Assembly (NCBI GenBank): GCA_030704615.1
Contig: CM060732.1
Span: 71,238,001 to 71,302,000 of the forward strand
DNA from: Takakia lepidozioides
Lineage: Eukaryota; Plantae; Bryophyta
Reading direction: 5' to 3'
Length of the DNA: 64,000 nucleotides
Positions 14,865 through 26,960 of the stretch are shown here, piece after piece. The notes beneath the pieces were generated by a model. The model worked only from the letters and a program-made list of their open reading frames with translations. It did not search any database and was not told where the DNA came from. How positions within the stretch are numbered: position 1 is the stretch's first letter; each line of letters begins with the position of its first letter. The position numbers were made by a program, and so were the translations under genes.

Positions 14865-15122
14865 ATGTACTCATAAGACGTTGTTTGCCGTAGCCTTGTG
14901 GCCATTGACCCCGCGCCCAGTTTGAGCGGAACACAAAGGGACAGAACCTACCTCTGTCAGGGGCTGACGTTGGTAGTAAGACTTACCTTGGTATAAAGCA
15001 TTGATCCAGATTTTCCAGATATCCTCTAGAAATCCCTTCACACAAGCATCAATCTGCTTTGTCCAATAACTAGGCCCCAGAAGGGCCTGGGCTTTTGGCT
15101 CAGCCTCGAGACTTTCAAAGTT
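14865..15122 (-). mobile_element. 5'-truncated LINE 3' end (copy 1)
   Basis: Homologous to 15137-15405 but with several substitutions; bounded by actccaagcagaga at 14851 and 15123. Confidence 0.85.
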
Positions 15123-15136
15123 ACTCCAAGCAGAGA

Positions 15137-16335
15137 GATTGTACTCATAAGACGTTGTTTGCCGTAGCCTTGTGGCCATTGACCCTGCGCCCAGTTTGAG
15201 CGGGAACAAAAGGGACAGAACCTACCTCTGTCAGGGGCTGACGTTGGTAGTAAGACTTACCTCCATATAAAGAATTAATCCGGGTTTTCCAGATATCCTC
15301 TAGAAATCCCTTCACACAAGCATCAATCTGCTGTGTGTGATTTGCCCAAAAACTAGGCCTCAGGAGGGCCTGGGCTTTTGGCTCAGCCTCGAGACTTTCA
15401 AAGTTGGTAAACAGGGGTACAGGCACAATTCCCTTAACAGATTTGAAGAGAGCGTCTCTTTGGTGAGAGAACCCCGGACAGTGTATCAGAAAATGAATAC
15501 TGTCTTCAGATTGCCCACACAACGGGCAATTGCACTCTCCCTTTCCTCTCTGCTTCTGTTTGCTGTTCAAAGGTAGGCTTCCTGCCCTGAGTTTAAATTT
15601 CAGTCTAGTGCCGAGAGTGGGTAGACCCTTGAGGTCATCCAAGATGTCCTCCCCCATGTCACAGACTGGAAACAAGTTCAGGGAAGTTTTCTGCCTAACT
15701 TCATTTTCATCAGACAATCTCATGGCAACAGACATGGCTGAGGACACTACAGCCTCTAAGTCAGATTTATCCAGCAGGGTCAAGACTTGCGGATCCAGGT
15801 CCAGGTCCTTGAGGATCTCTTCTACTCTCTTATGCCAGGACTTAGCCTGTTTGACAGGGCGGTCCTGTTTCCAAGATATAGAGTCGATTAATTTAGGATA
15901 TCTGGTGTTGGGCATATGTTGCAGCTGACCCCACCATCTGACCTTGAATTCATCTCGTCGGGAGCTTAAGGACGGAATGCCAAACTCACCCCGAACAGCC
16001 ACATTGGCTGTTTTGGAGCATGCTGACATACACTCCTTAAGCACCCCCACTTGAATGGATTCTAGAGCCTTAGCCTGGTTGGAGTTATCAACCCATATAG
16101 CAGATCCGTACTCCAAGGCAGGTCTAATAACGCGACAAAGCATGGTTTTCTTAACCTCAGAGTTGACCCCTCTGCAGTGGAAAAATTTAGTGAGCCCCAG
16201 AGCTTTGCCCTTGCCAGTTTGAACAACTTTCCGGATATGTGCATCCCAATTACAATTGGAGGAGAACTCAACGCCCAGGTAAGTGTAGGAAGGGAGGACC
16301 AGGATCTCTTGGCTATCCCACTGCCACTTAAGATC
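15137..16335 (-). mobile_element. 5'-truncated non-LTR retrotransposon (RTE/RTEX-like): end of RT plus C-terminal zinc finger
   Basis: Open frame with YTYLGVEF..W..HI, IRPALEYG...W, RWWGQL..M...RYPK, FKLRAG, CPLCG..ED..HFL..CP; flanked by the 14-bp duplication at 15123 and 16336. Confidence 0.9.
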
Positions 16336-16344
16336 ACTCCAAGC

Positions 16345-16366
16345 AGAGAGAGAGAGAGAGAGAGAG
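16345..16366. repeat. (GA)n microsatellite at the LINE target site
   Basis: About 11 AG/GA units, overlapping the third copy of the target duplication. Confidence 0.9.
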
Positions 16367-17831
16367 CCAGATAACTAGAACTTTTTGCTTTACTATGTCG
16401 TTGTTCATGCAGCCACTCCACGACTATGCCATGAAGCTGAAGGCAAAATCTTGTAGCCGAATGAAAAACAAATAGAGCAGACATACTACCATATTATAAA
16501 GGTCAATGCCAACTGCACCTTGAGCGATGGTCAGCGACAAGGGCAGCCACAAACCTGTAGTGTAAAATGAGTCAGGCACCAGTGAAAAATGCATCACTTG
16601 GTCACTCGGGATGGGGGTTGGTAGTGCTCCACAATACTTGCAGCCATCGCCTCCATACCCGCCATCGTTACTCCTCATCTGTCACCAAACTGGATACAAA
16701 CCCCTGTAGTGATCAGTTTCGAGTTCATGGATGAGAACGGACCTCATCGACGGAGTTGTCAGTTGGTTTGATCAGTTTATTACTGGGGAGAAGAAGAGAG
16801 ACAAGAGCAAGGACAAAGTTAGACAGAGGAGGGAGAGAAGGAGAGGAGGGCAGAGGAGGAGTGGGATGAGGACGGTGCACTAGAATCAACATGTGTTCCA
16901 TTGTCAAAGTCAGTGTGTTGTGCTGAGTCAAGCTCCCTTAGCAAGTGCAAGAAATATCTTTTATATCAAGTAATATGGAATCAAACAAGCCTCATTCGGC
17001 ATTGCTTTGGCAAAACATAAGAGGAAGGTAAGACGCAATTGAAGCAGCTAGCAGCAATGCAAAATGAGTCTCCTTATTGAAAGGGGGTAAAGAGAGATCA
17101 AGGTTTGTAGATATACTACTGCAAGTGAATCAAGAAGTAAAACCAAAGGGCTATTTAAGTTTTTTTTCTCTCTTCCCCACAGATATCACAAGTGAATTAA
17201 ACCACAACATGTATTGCAAAGATCAGCACCACCTGGACCTATGTCCAGAACTAAGCGCCCGTTAGTCTGCCAACAAATATTTTGGAATGCAAGTGAAACC
17301 ACAATAAGTTTTTTATTAAAAACCCCCACAGAAAGGGTTTTAAAGATCAGATGTCACATGGCCCACTAAAGAGAGCCCTTTGTTCCAAATATTTGTTCGG
17401 GATGTTGCTACATACCAACATGTCAAAATGTAAGATGCTGAACAAACTTGTGCACGCTGCCACTCTAATCAAGCTCATTCCAAATCGTATTCAATCTCAT
17501 CTACGTTCAAAATTCTCGTTCAATAGTCAACGAAGTTCACTTGTACAAGGGCAAGCTTTGAAGAAGCTCCACCATCCACACCGGACTTAGGACAGCACTC
17601 TGAATTCCTTCCACTATCACCAGAGTCAGTCAAAATCCCCCCTTCACGCATTTATTGCTACTTTCAATTGCAATTATGGGCTGACTTCCCACCTATGCTG
17701 CGTACACCCCAGGAAATGCCCTCACAGTACCTCATGGTCTATATATTCCCAGGAGATAGTGGATGAATTGAGTAGCATCGCAGATCAATGAATGAAGCAA
17801 GACACTCACACTTTTCCACAAAGACATCGTT

Positions 17832-18620
17832 TCACCAGTAATCCCCACAAGAACAAACCATGTTCAAAGTGGTGAAAGCTGTTAGCATCCCGTACAACAA
17901 TTGCTCGGCCAACAATCTTTGAGATGAACTTGGTGGAGGTGTGGCAGTCACCACATACCCGAAGATTCTTGATGAGACGGAGTGCCATCCTAGGGGCCGT
18001 GCTGATCAGCCAAAAGCCAATGGCCAGCTTCTCACTGGTGGCAAAGAGAAAATTCTTTTTGCTCCTCCCCCGCATCATGCAATACAAACCACGTGTCAGG
18101 CACATACCCTGCCTCCTTCATCTGCCCAGACAATCTTCTCAGCTCAGCAGGATTTCCTTAATTTTGGGATGCAATTTGTCATATACAACAAAGGTGTGCA
18201 GCCTGTTGCCAATCTCAATGCAGCAGCGACCTGGCTCCTTTCTCACCCTTCTGAACTTCATCATTGTTCTCACATTTGCACTATCGTCCCACCTGCCAGC
18301 TGCGGCATAGATAAGCTGCTTGTGTCTCTAATCTGGTGATCTTGGATTGGTCTATGAGAACCACCACGGTGCAGCTGAGCAGCCATAGACTTCAACACGG
18401 CCCCCAGACCAATCTGACCCTCCCAAGTACCTTGTAAACACTAGGAAAAATACCCAATCACAATACTGACAAGGAGAGCCCATATTCTCAGAGCAGACAA
18501 ACTTCTTCGCATGGTACATCAAGTAAGCCATACCTTGTGATTGCAGTTGTCCCATCATTGTGAAGGATCTTTAAAAAACTCAAGCCAGCGCTGCTCCATG
18601 CTCCACGGTAGACCTTAGTG
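17832..18620 (-). pseudogene. PPR-DYW pseudogene: PDF-motif exons joined by internal deletion to E2/E+/DYW
   Basis: Minus strand: EQRWLEFFKDPSQ*WDNCNHK|intron|TNPRSPD*RHK then IYAAAGRWDD...KEPG...SEKLAIGF..IKNLRVCGDCH...DYW; stops and frameshifts. Confidence 0.85.
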
Positions 18621-18825
18621 ACCAAAACTCGACTCCAACATTGATGACAAGTTCCTTTCCGGAGGAGTGCTAGTGAGATTTCAACAACATTCATGCAAGT
18701 CACTTTGGGCTCCACACAACGAACATACAAGAGGTCCTTCTCGGTTGATGGTCGGTTGAATCCTCCGTGAGTGGAAAAAAAGCTAGCTGCTTTCATGACA
18801 CAAGGTCCAGGACACTGTGGTGAGG

Positions 18826-19475
18826 GCACCTTTTTCAACACATTTCAGCCTGTTTTGCCCTCTTATCAGAGTCATGCCTAATTTTTCATGTTGAATTCTG
18901 CAAGGCTCATTGGGTGGATCTATGGTGGTTTGGGGTGATTTTGACATGTTACTGCATTGTGGCAACAGGAAAGTATCCAAAAACAGATAGAGACAAGCAG
19001 AAGCTTTGGAAGGGATATTTTTCAGACTCCAGTCAATGGTGGAACGATCGAGGCAAAACGGTGAATGACTGTTAGATTACAGAGAGAAGCAGACAACGAG
19101 ATGCGTCACAAAGCTTTCTTGGAAATTGTCATCCCATCTCTCCCAAGCAACTTTTAAAGTCTTGTGAGCAATTCAGCATAGGAACTAGTGTGTGTAGGTA
19201 GGGTTGGGGTGTTTCCTAGAAGAAAACTAGGCCGTCATTGTCGCTGCTAGCAGCAAAGCGCGGATCTATACATGATTTGTGCAGAGGCAGGGATAGCTGA
19301 AGGAGCAGAGATACAGTGTGGGTCCAGATTCATCCAAGAGGACCAGATTCCAAGCACAAAATTCCCTATGATTCCCTGTGGATCAATAGCTAGAAGAGAC
19401 CTGCAAGGGTAGATGGTCAACTGGAAGCCGGAGCAGCAGCGGCACAATTGATAAAATCAGGCACTGCTAATGAAG
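18826..19475 (+). pseudogene. Duplicated 5' part of a PDF-PPR gene (unit 1 of a tandem triplication)
   Basis: Homologous to 19476-20050; LWKGYFSDSSQWWNDRGKT|intron|IHPRGPDSKHKIPYDSLWINS*. Confidence 0.75.
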
Positions 19476-20690
19476 GCACCTTCTTCAACACATTTCACCC
19501 TGTTTTTCCCTCTTATCAGAAGCGGCCCTAAATTTCCATGTTGAATTCTGCACGTTAGCTGGTTGAGTGAATCTAGTTTGGAGTGACTTTGAGATGATAC
19601 TGCCAATGTGACAACAGGAAAAGTATCAAAAAACAGGTAACAGAGATGAGGAGAGCTGTGGAATGAATACTTTTCTGACCCCAGTCAATGGTGGGACAAC
19701 CGAGGCGAAAAGGTGAATGCCTGTTAGATTACAGAGAGTAGCAGACGTAATTCAGCATAGGAACTAGTGTGATAAACTGAGTTGGGTGTTTCCTAGAACA
19801 AATCTAGGCTGTCATTGTCAGCTGCTAGCAGCAAGGCAAGGATGAATGCATGATTTGTGCAGAGGCATGTATTTGTGAAGGAGCAGGGATAGAGTGTGGG
19901 TCCAGATTCATCCAAGAGGGCCAGATTCCAAGCACAATATTACCCATGATTCCCTGTGGATCAATAGCTACAAGAACCCTGCATGGGTAGATGGTCAACT
20001 AAAGGCAGCAGCTGCAGCGGCACAGTTCATAAAATCAGGCACCTCAACCATGACCACAGCTTCTGGAAGAATGCCTCTTCTGGCACTTCTGGGCATGTGA
20101 AGATCCTTGGTGAGGCAGGCAGACTGAAAGAGGCTCTACAGACTTCAAACCAAGGAGGCATTTCAGCAGATTCAGATATGTATGTCTGTCTCTTGAATAA
20201 ATGCATCAAGATGAAAGGCCTGGAAGCTGGAAAGCAGGTGCACACTCAAATTATCCAAAGTGGATTCACGCCAAATGTTTTTCTACTCAACACCCTTGTC
20301 AACATGTATGTCAAGTGCGGGAGCATCATGGATGCTCACCAAGTGTTCAACAGAATGCCTCAACGATCTTCGATCTTGTGGAATATAATGTTGGCAGGAT
20401 TTACCAAGCATGGGTGTGGTCGGAATGCTTTGGAGACCTATGAGCAAATGAAAAGCCCTGGAAAAGGGCAAAGAGGTGCATCGCGACATCATCAAAGCTG
20501 CAATTGTACCAAATGTCATCCTGAACACTGCCCTGGTGGACATGTATGCCAAATGTGGGAGCATGGAGGATGCGAAGGGAGTGTTCAACAATATGGCTGA
20601 ACGAATTATGGTGTCGTGGAGTGCGATGATTGCAGGGTATGCACAGCAGGGGCGCGGGATGGAGGCTCTTGGAAAATGTCATTCCATCAA
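19476..20690 (+). pseudogene. PDF-motif plus PLS-PPR pseudogene (unit 2)
   Basis: ELWNEYFSDPSQWWDNRGEK|IHPRGPDSKH..HDSLWINSYKNPAWVDGQL followed by frameshifted PLS motifs (GKQVH..II..G, NTLVNMYVKCG, SWSAMIAGYAQ). Confidence 0.85.
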
Positions 20691-22270
20691 AACTAGGCCG
20701 TCATTGTCAGCTGCTAGCAGCAAAGCGAGGATCTATACATGATTTGTGCAGAGGCAGGGATAGCTGAAGGAGCAGAGATAGAGTGTGGGTCCAGATTCAT
20801 CCAAGAGGACCAGCTTCCAAGCACCAAAGTCCCTATGATTCCCTGTGGAACGACAGGTACAAGCAACCTGCATGGGTAGATGGTCAACTGGAAGCAGCAG
20901 CGGCTGCGGCAGCACAGTTGATAAAATCAAGCACCTCAACCATGACCACAGCTTCTGAAAGAGGACTAAGAGAGGGAGTCCACGATGCCTCTTCTGGCAC
21001 TTCTGGGCACGTGAGGAGGCATGTGAGGCAGAAAAAAGAGGCTCTACAGACTTTAAACCAAGGAGGCATTTCAGCTGATGCAAGATACTCATGTTTGTCT
21101 GTTGCATAAGTGCATCAAGGTGAGAGGCCTGGAAGCTGGAAAGCAGGTGCATGCTCACATTATCCAAAGTGGATTCAAGACAATCGTTTTTCCGCACAAC
21201 ACCCTTGTCAAGAGGTATGTTAAGTGCGGGAGCATTGTGGATGCTCACCAAGTGTTCAACAGAGTGCCTCAACGAGGTTTGATCACATGGAATATACTGA
21301 TGGCAGGGTTTACCAAACATGGGCGTGGTAAGAATGCTTTGGAGACATATGAGCAAATGATGCGGGAAGGGGTGAAGCCCGACCTGGTCACGTTCATTTG
21401 TGTTTGCAATGCGTGTGCGAGCTTGGCAGCCCTGGAAATGGGCAAAGAGGTCCATGGTGACATTGTCCAAGCTGGAAGTGTGCCAGATGTTGTTTTGAAC
21501 ACTGCTCTGATGAAATGTGGAGCATCGAGGATGCGAAGAGAGTGCCCAAACGAGATGTGGCGTCGTGGAACACAATGATTGCAGGATATGCGCAGGATGG
21601 GTGTGGGATGGAGGCTCTGGAGACCTCTGAGCAAATGATCGCAAAGGGGTGAAGCCCAGCCACAGCACGTTTGTTTGCATTTGCAATGCCTGTGCGAGCC
21701 TGGCAGCCCTGGAAAAGGGCAAAGAGGCCATGGTGACATCTTCAGAGCTGGAATTGTACCAGATGTCATTCTGAGCAATACCCTCGTGGACATGTATGCC
21801 AAATGTGGCTGCATCAAGGATGCAAAGGGAATGTTCAACAATATGGCTGAACAAAATGTGGTGTCCTGGAACACGATGATGGCAGGAAATGCCCAGCATG
21901 GCTGTCATAGGGAGGCCCTGCAACTGTTTGAACGAATGCAAAAGGTGAATCCGCACGGTATCACCTTAATACGTGTTCTCTCTGCATGCAGCCACACTGG
22001 CCTACTGGATGAAGGAAGACGCTACTTCGATTCCCTGAGTCAAGATCATGGTGTCACTCTGACAGTAAAGCACTTTGGCTGCATGGTGGACCTTCTTGGA
22101 CGTGCGGGACAACTGGATGAGGCAGTGGATCTGATTAAATAAATGCCAATCAAATCCAGATGCTGTGGTGTGGAAGGCCTTGCTTGGTGCCTGCAGAATC
22201 CATGGCAATGTGGAGATGGCTGAACGTGCGGCAACATCTATCCTCACGTGGGATGAACAGGATGCCGCAA
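20691..22270 (+). pseudogene. PDF-motif plus PLS-E PPR pseudogene (unit 3)
   Basis: Second half of the PDF motif, PLS motifs in shifting frames, ACSHTGLLDEG, HFGCMVDLLGRAG, in-frame stop at 22140, E-motif remnants. Confidence 0.85.
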
Positions 22271-22900
22271 CTTATCCTGAGCAGCCACATTCTCAACCCT
22301 CCCAAGTATCTTGCAAACTCTAGGGAAAGACCTTTGCGCATCCTACTTTCATGCCCTCCTCAGGAAGGACAACCACCGCTACAGACAGTAAAAGCATTAT
22401 TTGCGGAGCAAAGCGAGAATATGACAACTAGGGGTACAATACAATCACACAATATGATCATACCAGAGTTCAGTCAACTCCCTCAGACTCCTTCACATCC
22501 TACTGAAGAAAACTTATCTTGTCAACGCTACTGTCCCACCGTTGTGAAGGATCTTTAAAGAACTCTTGCCAAACTGTTCCACGCTCCAGCGCTGACCTAC
22601 GCCCACATACACCAATTAGCGGCCTTGTCCAACGATCCCGTGCGCTTTCTATAAACGAGCTGAAGTGCGCAAAACCCAATTCAGAGCCTGGATCCGATAG
22701 CGCACACATACAATCACAGCGACCACAAGAAAGGAAACCGCTGTCTCGTGTTAAGTTATCACCTAATTTGAATGGCATCCCTTGCGGCACTACAGCCACC
22801 GCATGCACGGGACTCCGTCTCCTGTGCGCATTGCCCAGGGGGATGCCGCTTTCTGCTCCACAGCCCAGCCCTCTAATCCGCTGCATGACGCAAGGCCTCT
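22270..22900 (-). pseudogene. 5' exon remnant of another PDF-PPR paralogue
   Basis: Minus ORF ends VWQEFFKDPSQRWDSSVDK; nucleotide similarity to 18375-18600. Confidence 0.6.
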
Positions 22901-23055
22901 CGCATGACCCAAGCCTGGGCTCCTCCGGCTGGCCCCTGTCAAATCCTCCCCACCCCCTCTTACCTCGGTTTCACTATTCTAGCGACGACTGAAGGTCGGA
23001 ATAGGGTGCCATAGAACCCTATTTAGCGTAGAGCAGGAATAGGGTGCCATAGAAC

Positions 23056-23275
23056 CACGTCATCGTCGACACGTCATCATAGCCATGTCATCGTAGACAC
23101 GTCATCATCGTCACGTCATCGTAGCCATGTCATCGTAGACACCTCATCGTGGCCATGTCATCTTAGACACGTCATTGTAAACACGTCATCGTAGCCATGT
23201 CATCATCGCCACGTCATCGTCGCCAAGTCATCGTAGCCATGTCATCGTAGACACGTCGTCGTCGTCAGCCACGTC
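23056..23275. repeat. 14-bp period minisatellite (cacgtcatcgtagc / catgtcatcgtaga), preceded by a duplicated ggaatagggtgccatagaacc
   Basis: About 15 degenerate units directly visible. Confidence 0.9.
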
Positions 23276-23530
23276 TTGGGTATGGAGCAGACATGGAGGT
23301 GGGAGTAGGAGAAGGAGAAGCTGGGGTGAGCGACTACAGTGGGAAGGAGGAGCGTGACCACGGCGTGCAGCTCGTTCATCTGTTGCTGGAGGGCGCCGAG
23401 GCCATGGATGGCGGATTTTTACTCGAAAAAATTCTAAGAGTAAAGATTGATTTACACTCCAAGCTCAGTTTTGAGTCATGCGGGAGGCAGGGTTGACTGA
23501 GGCACAGTTGCAGCAGGCACTGCCACCATT

Positions 23531-24871
23531 ATGACTTCTTTTGTAGGAAGAGTGCGAGTCAAGAAGAAGTCATGTGGCACATTTGGGGATGTGAGGACAT
23601 TCTGTCAGGCGGGACAACTGAAAGAGGCGCTGCTCATTTTAAACCAACGTGGCAGTAAGGCAGATTCCTATACTTATGTCCGTCTCCTGCAGGATTGCAT
23701 CAAAACTAAAGACCTAGCAGCAGGGAAGCAGGTGCATTCCCACATTATTCGAAGTGGATTCAAGCCAAGCATCTTCCTCTACAATGCCCTTGTCAACATG
23801 TATGGCAAGTGTGGGAGTGTGGTAGATGCACGTCAAGTGTTTGACAAAATGCCTGAACGAGATATGTTCACGTGGACGATGATGATGGGAGGGTATGCCA
23901 AGCACGGTCACGCTGAGGAGGCTTTCAATATCTATGAGCAAATGCAATGGGAAGGGGTACCGCCAGACAGGGTGATGTTTACTTGCATTCTCAATGCCTG
24001 TGCCAGTCTAGGAACCCTGGAAAAGGGTAAACGGGTCCATGCTGACATTGGCAGAAGTGGAATGGCACCAGATATCATTCTGGAGAATACCCTTGTTGAC
24101 ATGTATGCCAAATGCGGGAGTGTGAAGGATGCACGTCAATTGTTTGACAATATGGCTCAGCAAGATGTGTTCTCATGGAGTGCAATGATTGCGGGATATG
24201 CTCAGCATGGGTGTGGTAGGGAAGCTTGTGAGATCTATGAACAAATGATAAGGAAAGGGGTGACACCTAACAAGGTCACATTCATTAGTGTTCTTAATGC
24301 ATGTGCCAGCCTGGCAGCTTTGGAAAAGGGCAGAGAGGTCCATGCTGACATCATCAAAGCTGGAATCCCACCAGATTTGGTTCTTGAGACGGCCCTTGTG
24401 GAGATGTATGCCAAATGCGGGAGCATGAAGGATGCCCGTCAAGTGTTTGAGAATATGGTTAAACAAGATGTGATTTCATGGAGTGTGATTATTTCAGGAT
24501 ATGCTCAGCATGGGTGTGGTATGGAGGCCCTGCATCTATTTGAACGAATGCGACGGAAAGGCTTGAGGCCAGACAGTATCACCTTTGTATCTATTCTCTC
24601 CGCCTGTAGCCATCAGGGCCTAGTGGATGAAGGCCGTCACTACTTCCATTCCATGAGTCGTGATCATGGCCTCTCTCCTACAGTAGAGCATTTCGTCTGC
24701 ATGGTGGACCTTCTTGGCCGTGCAGGGCTATTGGATGAGGCAGAGGACTTCATTGATAAAATGCCAATCAAACCAGGTGCTGGGGTGTGGACAGCCTTGC
24801 TTGGTGCCTGCAGAATTCATGGTGATTCAAAGGTAGCTGATCGCGTGGCCAAAAAGCATGCTTTAGAGTGA
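23531..24871 (+). CDS. PLS-class PPR protein, stops within the E region (no DYW); possibly a truncated gene or pseudogene
   Basis: 446-aa ORF of L-S-P triplets, P2-L2-S2 and E1 (VWTALLGACRIHG); downstream E2-like sequence is degenerate. Confidence 0.85.
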   Translation: MTSFVGRVRVKKKSCGTFGDVRTFCQAGQLKEALLILNQRGSKADSYTYVRLLQDCIKTKDLAAGKQVHSHIIRSGFKPSIFLYNALVNMYGKCGSVVDARQVFDKMPERDMFTWTMMMGGYAKHGHAEEAFNIYEQMQWEGVPPDRVMFTCILNACASLGTLEKGKRVHADIGRSGMAPDIILENTLVDMYAKCGSVKDARQLFDNMAQQDVFSWSAMIAGYAQHGCGREACEIYEQMIRKGVTPNKVTFISVLNACASLAALEKGREVHADIIKAGIPPDLVLETALVEMYAKCGSMKDARQVFENMVKQDVISWSVIISGYAQHGCGMEALHLFERMRRKGLRPDSITFVSILSACSHQGLVDEGRHYFHSMSRDHGLSPTVEHFVCMVDLLGRAGLLDEAEDFIDKMPIKPGAGVWTALLGACRIHGDSKVADRVAKKHALE

Positions 24872-26466
24872 TCCACATGACACTGCGGGGTCTGTGCTGG
24901 TATTGATCAATCATTTACGCTGCGGCTGGCAGGTGGGACAATAAGACAGGTGAGAAAAACATGAGGACAGGTGCTGCAGGGGTGAACAGCCTTGTACAGT
25001 GCCTGCAGCATGCACAGTAACGAAGGGTGGGCTGAACATGTGGCAGGAGAGTGCTACATCCTGTTCTGTCCCACAAGTAAAGTCCAGTGTGGTGTAGCTC
25101 ACTACATCTACCATTATTGAACAAGCATGCCAAAGTGCTTCATTGCTTCTCTCGGGAGTACCTGCTTGGTGACTGGACCCATGTTCCACAGATTCATGGC
25201 ATTGGCCAGTAAGTCACACCCAACTACACCCTTGTGTGATTGAGAGTACTTTTGGTAACTAAGTTGCAGCTTCCAGTCACACTATGTATATGCTAGGGTA
25301 CGTTGAGCTCATTTTCTGAAAATGACTCATGGGAAGGATCATGGATACGGGTATGATGCATATGCCAAGGTCGATGGAGAGAAATTCAACATCAACCAGA
25401 CGACCACATGCTGGTAATGGCTCTGTGAAACTAAGGGTTTGGGATATAGCTTTGTGAGTGATATGTTGTACAACTGCACGACACATGATCACATATGTTC
25501 ATCTTAGCTAGCATGTTGCCTGTCCTGAATTGTGGACCAGCCAGGGAAAACAATCAGGGTTGGATACGCAAGGGCTCTGCCATTTGAGAAATTACCCTCA
25601 AGATTTGCAATTTTGCAAGTCACCAGAAAGATGTTGTGTTTGCTAGGGGTACTTCGATTTGAAGGGTCCACAGCAAAACTGTATGGAAAATCGTCAAAAC
25701 CGGATTGGGCTCTAGCTCAAAAGTGGTAGAGATAACTACTTCATGATTTTGCAAGTATGCAATATGCCTGCCTACATGTAGACAATTAACACTTCTTACA
25801 ATGCAAGGATCATTTTGGTGAGTGTCTGTACATAATTGAACAATGAGAGCCTATAGTTTTAGAACATCTAAGTAGTTAGTTCAGTCATCTCCAAGTACAA
25901 ATGTGGTAGCGAAACAAAATGTGTAGTGCTATGTTCTTAGTATGACGAAGTAACTCGAGAGTACTCAGTGAGCTGCAATCTTCAGAAGATAAACCAATTC
26001 GTAAATGGGTCTTTCACTTTGTATCACAACATAGAAGCATGAAACCTCTTCAAGTTCTTAGGGCTGCAGCGTTAAGTGTGATGTCTTTAAATCCATTGTC
26101 AATTGATGGACCATACATACCATCGACCCCATCTTCACTGCACCACCATTCATGAGTGTAGTGACTAGTTTGCAAAACTCATGCCTTCTCATCCAAGTAT
26201 GCAATTGAGAAGGAAGCAGAATTGATCAAGGACCTATACAAGCTATATGGGTGTCACCATTGTGGCAATAGCCGGGGAAAGTGGTGAGATCTGTCACACA
26301 TTGCCTTATTTTCTTCTCTGATGTAGGTTTGAGATTGGGTGGTAGGGGTTAGTTTATTTTAGTTTTGCTATTAGGATACAGGACCATGTAGCTGAATGCT
26401 CTTTCAACAGCAGAAGGCCATAGCAGGCTTAAACCCTAAACCCTCAGACTTGTGCGGAGAGACTAA

Positions 26467-26760
26467 ACCAGTGTTTTTAAATCTGGCGAAAAATCGCCAG
26501 ATTTCGACCTGGAAAATGGGTCGGCTACTTTTATTAAGGAATTATGGGAGTAAAAAACAGAAATTTCTCCAGAAAGCGCCAATGGTTAAATATTAGGAGC
26601 TAGAATTTTCCTCTGTGGACCTGTTAAAATGTGACACTTGTTATATAGCCACTTTTCTAGCCCTGCCACCTCGTTATTCTCGCCACATGGGCACTAGGTA
26701 GAATCTACATGTACCCTTTGAGGCGATTTTGGAAAAGTGAAAAAAAAAAAAGCACATTGG
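26467..26760 (+). mobile_element. hAT-like MITE (copy 1)
   Basis: About 290 bp, reverse-complement homologue of 35004-35288; termini CCAGTG...CATTGG. Confidence 0.7.
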
Positions 26761-26960
26761 CTGGTAGCTCACTAAGTGCACTTGTCACCCTGGTGGTTTG
26801 GGGTTCAAACTCGCTGCCCTGCCCCGTGTGTGGGATTGTTCGTGATGGTATGTCTGGGTGTTCATCGTCCTGTAGGCCTAAGGGGGTTAATTTTCCCCCC
26901 TCCTCAAGGGCCTGAATTGTGGGCTGTTGCTCCCAGGTTTCCTTAAATTTTTATTTTTTT
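26757..26960 (+). mobile_element. Divergent tRNA-derived SINE related to family B
   Basis: GGTAGCTCA...AAGTGCAC, B-box-like GGTTCAAAC, 3' part gggcctga...gctgttgctcccaggtttcc shared with 45356-45575. Confidence 0.55.

Noticed and set aside
26429-26445. Telomere-like AAACCCT repeats
   Set aside because: Only two units
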